The notes below the pieces were generated by a model, which saw only the letters and a program-made list of their open reading frames with translations, was not told the DNA's origin and did not search any database. 40,444 bases of DNA, taken from Escherichia phage pO111. Positions 1 to 9,000 of this stretch are shown piece after piece. The first letter of the stretch is position 1, and the number at the start of each line of letters is the position of its first letter. Both the position numbers and the translations under genes were made by a program. The DNA lies in the sequence record OR204652.1, one strand, 5' to 3'.

Positions 1-173
1 AGGGACAAGGAGAGACACTCAAGGTAACACCCAAAGGGACAACCCAAAGGTAACACTCAAAGACTCAACCCAACCCTTAGGGAACCCTCAAGGTCAACCG
101 AAGGTTGACTTTAGGTGATTGGCTGGGCTTTAGGTACCCCTATGGGGGAACTTTGGGCGCTTACACTGTGAGA
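1..173. repeat. Direct terminal repeat (genome right end in T7 orientation)
   Basis: 1..173 is identical to 40272..40444; the reverse complement resembles the T7 terminal repeat (TCTCACAGTGTA...). Confidence 0.9.
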
Positions 174-179
174 TAGTCA

Positions 180-350
180 CTCAGATTTTTATGGTATATT
201 TTAAAGGACCCTCTAGGGACTCCTTAGGCCCTCTCTAAGCAACTCTTTAGGTGACACTGATAGGATGGCCTATCTTTAGGTATAGACCTTACGGATAGAC
301 CATTAGAGGCTCTTTATGGGTATACCTTAGGACTTGACTCTATAGGGATG
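180..350. repeat. Array of short CTTTAGG/CCTTAGG motifs next to the terminal repeat (concatemer junction region)
   Basis: Several spaced copies of ctttagg-like heptamers (reverse complement CCTAAAG), as found near T7 genome ends. Confidence 0.55.
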
Positions 351-413
351 AAGTGGTGTGATGCAATCATACCGCTGAATCCCTCGGTGAGCCGTCAGTC
401 TGTCAGGAAGACC

Positions 414-563
414 CTAATCGCCACAAGTGAGTAAAGAGCAAACGGTAGACTCCAGTGAACTGAGGTCTCCAGTAAGCGATGCGTACCCAAGGGCAGCACA
501 AAGTACCACAAGAAATCGGTAGGTGACTCTATGCCGCAGTAGGTTCAACAATAAGCGGAACAT
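414..563 (-). CDS. 19.5: gp19.5-like small protein (49 aa)
   Basis: Manual translation MFRLLLNLLRHRVTYRFLVVLCAALGYASLTGDLSSLESTVCSLLTCGD; ATG preceded by AAGGGAGGAG; downstream of phiOR; below the ORF-track size cutoff. Confidence 0.6.
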   Translation of the reverse strand: MFRLLLNLLRHRVTYRFLVVLCAALGYASLTGDLSSLESTVCSLLTCGD

Positions 564-654
564 GAGTCTCCTCCCTTTATGTTGGTTGTATTAACAATAA
601 TAACAACCTACCTTATAGGTAACTTTAAGTCTTATAGTAATCTTTAGGTAGGCT

Positions 655-677
655 TCTCCCTATAGTGAGTCGAATTA
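655..677 (-). promoter_or_regulatory. T7-type phage RNAP promoter (phiOR position)
   Basis: Reverse complement TAATTCGACTCACTATAGGGAGA matches the T7 promoter consensus with one change in the -17..-13 block. Confidence 0.8.
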
Positions 678-728
678 GAATAATGGTCTGGAATCATATA
701 CTTAGACCTGTATCACTAATTTCAAATA

Positions 729-1172
729 TCAATCACTTAGGTAATCCTCAATGACCCTCTTGACCCACGCCACAGAGAGCTTATGGTATCTCGCTATGGA
801 CGTTGCGGTCCAGCCTTTATGGTATCTTCGAATCACTATGGCCTTACGTTCCTCGCTAGGGTCTCTCTTAGTTGCATCACGTTTACCTGTGGCCTTAGTT
901 GCACGACCTTTTGAGATGCAGTCCTCTATGTTCTCCTTCTGAGTCCCTTCCTTAAGGTGCTCAGGGTTAACACATGAAGGATTATCACATAGGTGCATCA
1001 CAACCATTCCGTCAGCTATCGGTCTGCCTAGATGACAACTCAGGGAATACCTGTGGGCCATCCAATGGACTCCGTTCACACGAATGCGACCATAGCCAGT
1101 CTTCGTCTTACATCCCTTAAAGTTCCAGCAACCAGTCTCCTTATCGACAACATACTTCTTCTTGCTTATCAT
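729..1172 (-). CDS. HNH endonuclease with C-terminal helix-turn-helix (putative free-standing homing endonuclease)
   Basis: 147-aa ORF; motif HLCDNPSCVNPEHL (HNH_3-like) plus C-terminal HTH; ATG with AAGGAGGT Shine-Dalgarno; lies between terminase gene 19 and phiOR. Confidence 0.8.
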   Translation of the reverse strand: MISKKKYVVDKETGCWNFKGCKTKTGYGRIRVNGVHWMAHRYSLSCHLGRPIADGMVVMHLCDNPSCVNPEHLKEGTQKENIEDCISKGRATKATGKRDATKRDPSEERKAIVIRRYHKGWTATSIARYHKLSVAWVKRVIEDYLSD

Positions 1173-1209
1173 ATTACCTCCTTAAAGCGGCCTTCCTTGG
1201 CCTCATAAA

Positions 1210-2970
1210 TCACCACTCAATGAAAGACGTACCGTATCCCTCATCGTCCTCATAGTACACATCAACTCCTCCTACAGACATCTCAATGATATGCGTAGCA
1301 GAAACCGTAGGACGCATCATGTGTTCCTCAAGGAAGTCAGCAAGTACTTCACCCTCGACCTTAACGGAATCCAATTGCATGGACTCACGGAGGTACTCAA
1401 CGCCTAACGCAAGGGAATCCAATCGGTCATCGTGTGCCAGAGCGCCTTTCTCACGGGTAATACGAGTCATCTGGTAGAACAGCGAATACTTAACGTCATG
1501 CTTACCGTCTACGTCACGAGCGGACTGGTAGTCGGCCCTAATGACCTCATCACGAATGACAAGGCGGTGAGTCTGCATGACTGGCTCAAGGGTATCACAA
1601 ATGCGCATCTCCTTCATACCACGAGCACGAATCTCTTCCATCGCACAGTTGTGGTGTTTAAGAAGGATAGGACTGAATACCTTACCAAACATACCGTCAC
1701 CGAAGTTACTCTCGTAGACAACCGTCTGGACCCCCCATTGCTTAGCTTTCTTAGCGAGCAACTCAAGGGTCTTATCGGAGTAACCATCACGGAAACCTCC
1801 AGCTTCCATAAGGTAGATGTAACCGTTCAGGGTGTATAGCACAGCGTAACCTGTTTCGTCCTTACCGCGACCACTAGGGTCAATGACCAGAATCTTCTGT
1901 TGGTACTGACCAGAGTTGTTAGAACAATCGTGGTACGTATGAAGGTCATCACCCTTAAGGCCCACGTTAGGAAGGTCCTCAATGATGTTCTGACGGTTCG
2001 GAAGCCACTGGTAATGCATTGGGGCCTTCTCTAAGTCTAAGGCCGCTACGATAGCGTCACGGAGCCTCAGAGGGTACTTCTCGGCATCACTCAGGTTCGG
2101 GTTAAGCATGAACTGTAACGTAAAGCCAGCCTTACCGTATTCCAACTCACGCTCACGGAGGTCGTCTCGGTCGAATCGAACAGGGTCTGTAGGAGTACCA
2201 GCCAGCGCCTCAGGATTCTCCTCGTACTCCGCACGAAGCATTGGAGCAAGACGTTGGGCATAGTAAAGACTCTCTTCACGCGTCCTTGGGTACAAGGCAG
2301 GCCATATGATAGTGGTATACCCACGGTTATCCTCAAGTTCCTTATACAGAGTCATCTCAGTCTGAGGAGTACCAAGGTAGATAACACGAGATGTGGGCAG
2401 CGGTTTAAGAAGCGCAGCGAACTCTTGAACTAGAGTCCATAGCTTCTCACGGGCACCCATGGTCGCACTGTTAGACGGAATCTCAACGTCATCCGCAATG
2501 ATAATATCAGCACGGCTACCAGTTAACTGACCAGTGATACCTACTGATTTCACACTAGGCGAGTGGTCAGGACTAGCAGGACCAACATCGAAACTAATCA
2601 CAGAGTCACGCTGTCCGGGTCTCGGCTTCAACTCACTGAGAAACGGTAGCAGGTCAATGATGTTCTTGATGAATATGGAGTTAGCGTCTGCACGTTCTTT
2701 AGAAGCTGATACGATAAGTATCTTCAACTGAGGGTCCCGCCATAAGGACCACACAACGAACGCACATGTGATGAACGACTTACCGATACCACGGAAAGCC
2801 TGTAAGATGAACTTCTTGTTGTCCCCATTCGCCAGTACCTTAGCCATGTCAATCTGACACTTAGTGGGCACCGGAAGGTTTAACGCCTTCCATAAGACGA
2901 ACAGGAACGCCACGAAGTCTCCTTTCAGTTGCGCCACTACGAGCGCATTACGATTGGATTGAGTAGACAC
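1210..2970 (-). CDS. 19: Terminase large subunit
   Basis: 586 aa, same length and near-identical sequence to recalled T7 gp19; GTG start after AAGGAGGT. Confidence 0.95.
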   Translation of the reverse strand: MSTQSNRNALVVAQLKGDFVAFLFVLWKALNLPVPTKCQIDMAKVLANGDNKKFILQAFRGIGKSFITCAFVVWSLWRDPQLKILIVSASKERADANSIFIKNIIDLLPFLSELKPRPGQRDSVISFDVGPASPDHSPSVKSVGITGQLTGSRADIIIADDVEIPSNSATMGAREKLWTLVQEFAALLKPLPTSRVIYLGTPQTEMTLYKELEDNRGYTTIIWPALYPRTREESLYYAQRLAPMLRAEYEENPEALAGTPTDPVRFDRDDLRERELEYGKAGFTLQFMLNPNLSDAEKYPLRLRDAIVAALDLEKAPMHYQWLPNRQNIIEDLPNVGLKGDDLHTYHDCSNNSGQYQQKILVIDPSGRGKDETGYAVLYTLNGYIYLMEAGGFRDGYSDKTLELLAKKAKQWGVQTVVYESNFGDGMFGKVFSPILLKHHNCAMEEIRARGMKEMRICDTLEPVMQTHRLVIRDEVIRADYQSARDVDGKHDVKYSLFYQMTRITREKGALAHDDRLDSLALGVEYLRESMQLDSVKVEGEVLADFLEEHMMRPTVSATHIIEMSVGGVDVYYEDDEGYGTSFIEW

Positions 2971-2979
2971 ATTACCTCC

Positions 2980-3429
2980 TTACTTGGTTTCCTGCTTACG
3001 TTGCAGTTCACGAATAGTATCCTGTAACGCACGAATCCACGCATCACCCTTCTGGGTCACTGCGATAATACGTTTAGCATCTCGGTCGTCAAGTTCGGCT
3101 CGACCATCAGGCTCGAATCCACACTTACCATCGGAGGTTCCGGTAGTCTTGATTCTGACGCGCAACCGCTTATTGTCGCTACGCAAATCAGAAATAATCC
3201 TATCAGTGCTCCCTTCCAGCGCGGCAAGGTCTGCTTGATACTTAGCCGATATCTCATTGATTGCTCTTTGAGTGCTCGCCGTAGCCTCAACTCTCTTAAC
3301 GTACTCATTCTGTACCTCCTGTTTCCACTTGGCGTCCATTGAGTCAGCCCCAAGTTGCCATCCCCATCCGAATAGCATCCCAGCGAGAACCCAAGGGACT
3401 GTTCTCTTAACGATTGCAAGTAATACCAT
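2980..3429 (-). CDS. 18.5: Rz-like i-spanin (gp18.5)
   Basis: ORF track 2980..3477 trimmed to the internal ATG (MVLLAIVKRTVPWVLAGMLFG...) that aligns with the T7 gp18.5 N-terminus. Confidence 0.85.
   Translation of the reverse strand: MVLLAIVKRTVPWVLAGMLFGWGWQLGADSMDAKWKQEVQNEYVKRVEATASTQRAINEISAKYQADLAALEGSTDRIISDLRSDNKRLRVRIKTTGTSDGKCGFEPDGRAELDDRDAKRIIAVTQKGDAWIRALQDTIRELQRKQETK
3057..3308 (-). CDS. 18.7: Rz1-like o-spanin lipoprotein (gp18.7), embedded in the +1 frame of Rz
   Basis: MSTLRELRLRRALKEQSMRY...ICVATISGCASES lipobox; 83 aa from the internal ATG of ORF 3057..3419. Confidence 0.85.
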   Translation of the reverse strand: MSTLRELRLRRALKEQSMRYRLSIKQTLPRWKGALIGLFLICVATISGCASESRLPEPPMVSVDSSLMVEPNLTTEMLNVLSQ

Positions 3430-3811
3430 AAGTTTCCTCCAACAATCTCGCGTGAGTTTCCCTAGCCCAAGAAACAACTTCCTCTAGATTAGTGGTAGGC
3501 GCATAAGTTTCCTTACGACCTCCCATGCGAATGTCACCATAGTAGACCATACAGCCTTTCCTCTTTGCGAATCTAGAGTATACACCCTTTGGTAGTTCCC
3601 TACTACTAATCGTGTTAGCCCTGTTAGCACCTCTAGGTACTGCCCTCAGGTTAGATAACGCATTATCCAGTGTGTCACCATTTATATGATCGATGACGTA
3701 CCCTTCTGGGATTGGACCATTGGCCTCTTCCCAAATCAGGCGGTGTACATTGTGTACCTTACCATTTATGGTTACTCGATAGTACCCTCCACTCAGGTAT
3801 TGACCTTCCAT
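3407..3811 (-). CDS. HNH endonuclease with AP2-like DNA-binding tail (putative homing endonuclease)
   Basis: 134-aa ORF; GYVIDHINGDTLDNALSNLRAV HNH motif; ATG with GGAGA Shine-Dalgarno; sits between gene 18 and Rz and overlaps the Rz start by 23 nt. Confidence 0.8.
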   Translation of the reverse strand: MEGQYLSGGYYRVTINGKVHNVHRLIWEEANGPIPEGYVIDHINGDTLDNALSNLRAVPRGANRANTISSRELPKGVYSRFAKRKGCMVYYGDIRMGGRKETYAPTTNLEEVVSWARETHARLLEETYGITCNR

Positions 3812-3873
3812 AATAATCTCTCCTATCTAAATGATATTCATAAGGGCCACTCATTAGAATGACCCTGAGTATA

Positions 3874-4143
3874 TCACTGTAAAGTGTAAATATCGTCATC
3901 CGTAAGACCGTTATCACCGACTTTCTCTTTGTACTCTTCAAGAGCACCAGCAAGTCCACCCAAGATGTGAACATCCGGTTGCAGCTTGCCAATCTGGAAC
4001 TTGTGGCGGTCTAACAGTTTGTTGATGGCGTTGTAGAGTTGTGGAGAACGACGCTCAGGGTCCGAAAGGTCCGCAAGCATACGCTGAGCCATAGCCGTGT
4101 CCAACATCTCTAAGAACGTAATAAGGCTCTTATCTTTTTCCAT
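3874..4143 (-). CDS. 18: Terminase small subunit
   Basis: 89 aa, near-identical to recalled T7 gp18 (MEKDKSLITFLEMLDTAMAQR...). Confidence 0.95.
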   Translation of the reverse strand: MEKDKSLITFLEMLDTAMAQRMLADLSDPERRSPQLYNAINKLLDRHKFQIGKLQPDVHILGGLAGALEEYKEKVGDNGLTDDDIYTLQ

Positions 4144-4146
4144 ATA

Positions 4147-4350
4147 TTACTCCTTATTGGCTTTCTTCCAGTCAATCATCTTATCGACTACCTTGGCACC
4201 AATCTGAACCACTGTATAGGCGATAGCGGCAACGTAGAACCACTCATTAAGACTCAGCCCGAAGAACAGCCTCGCAGCACCATCAGCCACACCTGTACCC
4301 ACAATAGGTGCAGCCTTAACGATTTCATTGTTGAAGTCTAGGGATAGCAT
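4147..4350 (-). CDS. 17.5: Class II holin
   Basis: 67 aa, near-identical to recalled T7 gp17.5. Confidence 0.95.
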   Translation of the reverse strand: MLSLDFNNEIVKAAPIVGTGVADGAARLFFGLSLNEWFYVAAIAYTVVQIGAKVVDKMIDWKKANKE

Positions 4351-4361
4351 TATAGTCCCCC

Positions 4362-5981
4362 TTAATATTGGAAATCAATTTTAGCAAACCAGAAGAAGTT
4401 GTCTCGGACTGTTGAGCCAGAGGAGATGGCAAATACACTACCGCGCTGTACCCACCACGTAACAGTGTTGGCCTCTTGATACTGGGCGCGAGTAGACGTT
4501 GACACCTGCGTTAAGATCACTCCTCCACTTACCGGTGTATAAGGGAAACCAGTATCTGGAATTATGTTTATGTTTACCTGAGTGTTAGGCGGAACCTGCT
4601 CCGCATAACCCCACACTTCTGCCACGGAAGGGTTTGCAGGGTCAACTCTCCAACCACGTAGTGAGTTGCCGCCTGACATTTGATGCGTATTAGCCAATCT
4701 GTTCCACGTCCCATTAGGGTCTCCCCATGCTAATTCTCCGTACTCCGTCATGAATAGCGCTTCACCAATCTTACCGGGCCAGTGGAACGTTATCATAGGA
4801 CTTCGACCTAGATTGTTCGCTGTGTCCCAACCAGCCATTGGTCTAACCTCTATAGCACCATTATATTTTAAACCTAATGGGTTCTCACCATTCTTTCGGA
4901 AAACATTAAGGCCGTCTGATTCACCGGGGAATATCAAACTGGAGTTCCACGCAAACTCAGACTTTTTCAGGTCTTCTTTGGTTACCATAGTGTTACCGTT
5001 TCGGGTGGCTCGACCTTTAACTGCAAGATCCCTACCAACGTCTAGGTCGCCGGAGACAAAATTATAACCAGAAGGGTTACGCGCTTGGATTGCATCGCTA
5101 ACCATCATGGCACCTTTCATGGTGACGTTGTGACTAACTGGGTCCACAGAGTCGATTGCTCCAGCAAAATCGTTCATGTTACCAAGTTTATCTGCCTCAC
5201 TCTCAGCACGGTCTGCTTGCTGTTCTGCCAAAGTAGCAGATTTAGCGGAAGCAGTAGCTGAGTTCGCAGAGTTCACCTCGGATTGATGGGCAGCAGCCGC
5301 AGAGTTACCAGCAGCGGTAGCCTGTTGTGTAGCAGTGTTCTTGAACTGTTCGGCCTCATTTCGGAACCCCTCAGCCTCATTACGCCACTTATAGGTATTA
5401 GCAGCGTTAGTGCTGGACTCGTTCTTAAAGCCCTCCGCTTGGTTCTTGAAAGCCTCTGCTTCATTGCGGAACTGTAAGGACTCATTACGAGCTTGCCAAG
5501 AACTCTGGTTCATGGTCTTAAGTTGACCTAACGGAACAGCGTCACGGTCATCAACAGCGTTCGCTAGGTTCACGATACGACGACCACGGGCATCCAAGTG
5601 ACCATCATTGTTGACACCAATAGTATCCGCAGTCATGTCACGAGCCTCCTCCGCTACGTGCATCGTTTGAATCTGAGCAACGTTAAGGTCATACGCACGG
5701 AGGATTGAACCGTCCGTAAAGCCAACCAATCGGTCGGTCGTGGAGGTTACTCGACGTAACTCAACGGTCGTGTACCCATCAGCCGGACCCCAAGCCTTGG
5801 TCAGTGAGACGGTAGTACGTGTAGCAAAGCGATAGTCTGTATTAATCGTAAGGACCTTGCGGTCTACACCGATAAGAGTTACCACTACGAACTTACGGGC
5901 TAGATACTCAAACGGGATATTAAAATCACGATTGGAGCCATCTAACGGGTAAGTCAAAACGGTTTTAATTACGTTAGCCAT
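4362..5981 (-). CDS. 17: Tail fiber protein (conserved N-terminal tail-attachment domain, divergent C-terminal receptor-binding region)
   Basis: 539 aa; first ~265 aa match recalled T7 gp17, C-terminal ~270 aa do not. Confidence 0.9.
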   Translation of the reverse strand: MANVIKTVLTYPLDGSNRDFNIPFEYLARKFVVVTLIGVDRKVLTINTDYRFATRTTVSLTKAWGPADGYTTVELRRVTSTTDRLVGFTDGSILRAYDLNVAQIQTMHVAEEARDMTADTIGVNNDGHLDARGRRIVNLANAVDDRDAVPLGQLKTMNQSSWQARNESLQFRNEAEAFKNQAEGFKNESSTNAANTYKWRNEAEGFRNEAEQFKNTATQQATAAGNSAAAAHQSEVNSANSATASAKSATLAEQQADRAESEADKLGNMNDFAGAIDSVDPVSHNVTMKGAMMVSDAIQARNPSGYNFVSGDLDVGRDLAVKGRATRNGNTMVTKEDLKKSEFAWNSSLIFPGESDGLNVFRKNGENPLGLKYNGAIEVRPMAGWDTANNLGRSPMITFHWPGKIGEALFMTEYGELAWGDPNGTWNRLANTHQMSGGNSLRGWRVDPANPSVAEVWGYAEQVPPNTQVNINIIPDTGFPYTPVSGGVILTQVSTSTRAQYQEANTVTWWVQRGSVFAISSGSTVRDNFFWFAKIDFQY

Positions 5982-6033
5982 TTGACCTCCTTAAAGTAAA
6001 TCTAAGAGACTACAGGGAGAAGATTCTTTCACC

Positions 6034-6056
6034 TCTCCCTATAGTGAGTCGTATTA
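6034..6056 (-). promoter_or_regulatory. T7-type phage RNAP promoter phi17
   Basis: Reverse complement TAATACGACTCACTATAGGGAGA, exact consensus. Confidence 0.9.
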
Positions 6057-9000
6057 TTTCCGACGCTCCTTCAAGTTAACACCGTTGGCCTCATAAATCT
6101 TAACCACAAGCTGTTGAGTAAGAGGGTCGTTAGGCACTAACTCTTTGGTAGAGTTCATTAAGCCAGTCATGAAGTCCTGCTCGGTTGCCTTGTTAGGTGA
6201 GTTAACCACACCAGCAGCATTCATTAGGGAGGCCCCAACGTTAGCCACAAAGCCAGCGGAAGGCATCTGCTCCAGAAGGTTCGAACCCATAGCCCCCATT
6301 ACCTCTCTAGAGGTGTACGGTTTGTTTGGGTCACGTTCCTTCATGGTGTCCTTAGGTAGAATCGTAGAGCGAGCCATCTTGGAGGACTCGAACCCTAAAA
6401 CACCGCCAACTAGGTCAGCCATAGCCAAAGGAGCACCCAATTGAGAACTACGAGACAACGAAGCGTGGGCAATCATGGTTGGGTCCAGTGCTCTCTCCAA
6501 GTACTCCCTACGTTTCTCCTTAGGCATCCCATATGCTTTGACGTGTGCAGCCATAGCGTAGTAACCCCCAGCGAGACCCATAGAGATGATACCAGTCAAC
6601 GCAGCGTCAATCGCTCGGTTGTTCTTGTATCCATCATAGAAGGTTCGCAGGAACTTAGAGTTAAGGGACTTGATAGTGAAAGACTTAAACTGCATAACCA
6701 TATTACCCAATGCTCCGAACGCATGGGAATCCTGTAAGGACACCTTATGCGGACGTAGCATTGCCTCATCAGCTACCTTGTCAGCAAGTCGCCATAAGTT
6801 CATAGCCCGTGGGTCCATAGAGAACGCTTGCTTGTCCTTGACGGTAAACTTCCCGTCCTCACCACGTACCATACGTTCCTTGATGAGAGACTTGATGCCA
6901 GCCATCTGCTCAGGAGTTACGGAGGCGCCACGAAGGAATCCTTCTTTCTCCCAGCGGGTAGTCTTACCTGTTAGGGTGGCACTAATAACGTCCCCTAGCA
7001 TACCTTGACGTGCCGCATCCAGAAGGTAGTTAGTGGTCCCGTTCAGCATCTTAGTCCACGGAGAGCGAGCAGCCAGTTCCTGTGTGGAATACTTCAAGGT
7101 CCCTACGATGTTCGCCACAGCAGGTCCAGTATCAGTTGCTTCCCTTAGGCGCTGCACAATGTCAGCACGTTTAGGGCGAATCAACTGGTCCACCTCCTTC
7201 CCGAACAGAGACGCATGGAGTTCCTTGAGTTCCTTAGCGGAAACTGGTTTAGACTTGTAGAGTGTATCACGCAGAATTGGGATACCGTGGCCTAGAGCAC
7301 GCACGTTGCCAGTGGCAATCATCCCAGCAATCTCCGTAAGGTTCTGAGCACCCATGTAGGCGTTCTTAGCGAAGAACCCTAGGTCATTGATGGCACGCAG
7401 CGAGGTTTCCCACACAGTGTCCTGATTACGCCGAGCACGACCAGTAAGAATCTTAACGGTATCCATAAGAGCGTGAACCTCGCCAGTCTTCTTACCGTCT
7501 CCCTCAGCTTTCGCCTTGAGAGCCAAAATCTCATCCTTAAGTTCCTTAGTGGTTTTACCAGTAGACCCCATGATGGCGATGTCACCGTTGATACGGCGGT
7601 CATACGCTGGCATGATGCGGAACATATCGAAGTCCCTTAGGTCGTTCACCGAGAATTGCTGTCCGTCTGGCATAGTGATGGATAGGTCCGAATCAAACAA
7701 GTTACGTGCCTCAAGGAATGAGTTGTTCTCAATACCTACTAAGCCCTCAATGTTCTCTTCAATGATGGAACTGTTGGTGAACTGGTCTGAATGGGAGATA
7801 CCATAAGCCTTATCCATAGCGTACTTCTCTACCATCTCAGGCGTTACTTCCTTCACCCCGTGTAATTCCTTAAGCATCTCATCGACTCTGGCCTTGACCT
7901 CGGGTCTGGAGACGTAGCTGTTCATCCACGAACGAGCAATACCTTCCTGTAAACCTTCGGCACCGTAGCGTTGAATCATCAGTGCTTTAGCATGACGGTC
8001 GTAAACGTGAGGAACGTAAGTCCCTTTGTGGCGACTCTCAGGGAAAATACTAACAGCCTTCGTATTACCGAAGATTGCAGGATTCTCCATAAGTTCACGC
8101 TTGGTGTCAAAGTGACGCTTAATAATGTCCATGACTATTCTCTCAGACGGAGTAAGTACCTTCTGCAACTCTGGGCGCTCAATAGCTAGTGCCGCTCTAC
8201 GATAGATAGTGTAGCGAGTTTCTTCGCGGGACATCTTAGCACCGCCAGTAGAGAACTCAGGGTCTTTCATAGCGTCAGACATAGCTTTGTACAGGTCATT
8301 ATAGGTACGTTGGTCAGTACCATGAAGTCTCTCATGGATGTCGGAAGCTGTTGCACCGAACTTACCTGAGGCACCAGACTGCATACCAGTCGGGGAGCGA
8401 ACAAGGTCGATAGCCACTCTACGGATGTCAGTATCGTCAGACCCCAAGGTCTTCAAGCCAATCTCAGTGAACCCAGCAAGTTTGATTCCTCGTGCAGCCT
8501 TCTCAGGGTCAACCTCGGAGAACTCTTGTAGGGTCTTAGGGTTGATTGGGTTGCTTGCACTTAGAATGGAGCCATCGTGTAACACCACAGCGCCCCTCTC
8601 GGTCGGTAAGTCCTCATAAGGAACACCATTATGTTCACCTGCAAACTTCATGTCCTCAGTGTTCATACGAGAGAGGTCCGTAGAGTTGGCGTTGCGTGCG
8701 GTCTCACGGGCTTCCATTCGCATCATAGGACCAATGAACTCATTGTCGAACTCAGCTTCTGGTTTACTGCGTTTCAGTCCAGCAGCTACAGCGTCACTGA
8801 TTGCAGACATACCAGCGCCAAACACAAAGCCACCTAAGGCCGCCCCAGCGTAGTCTGCGTCACCACCAGCTACGGAGGTACGGAGACCTTCGGATGCAAC
8901 GTTCAGAGCAGCACTTTCTGCACCAACTACAAGAGCCTTATTGATTAACTTAAAGCCCTTACCAGTGACACCGACCATAGGGACATAGCTAAGAGGGTCC

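Noticed and set aside
2091-2336. 81-aa ORF nested in gene 19 in another frame (possible gene 19.2/19.3 analog)
   Set aside because: No independent evidence such as a Shine-Dalgarno or recognisable sequence; cannot be supported from sequence alone.
2980-3477. Longer upstream-extended starts offered by the ORF track for Rz (3477), gp13 (13371), portal (20375), gp2 (31469), gp1.2 (34376), gp5.9 (23329), gp6.7 (21752), gp4.5 (27109)
   Set aside because: The extensions overlap upstream genes or promoters and lack Shine-Dalgarno sequences; the internal ATG starts reproduce the T7 protein lengths and N-termini.
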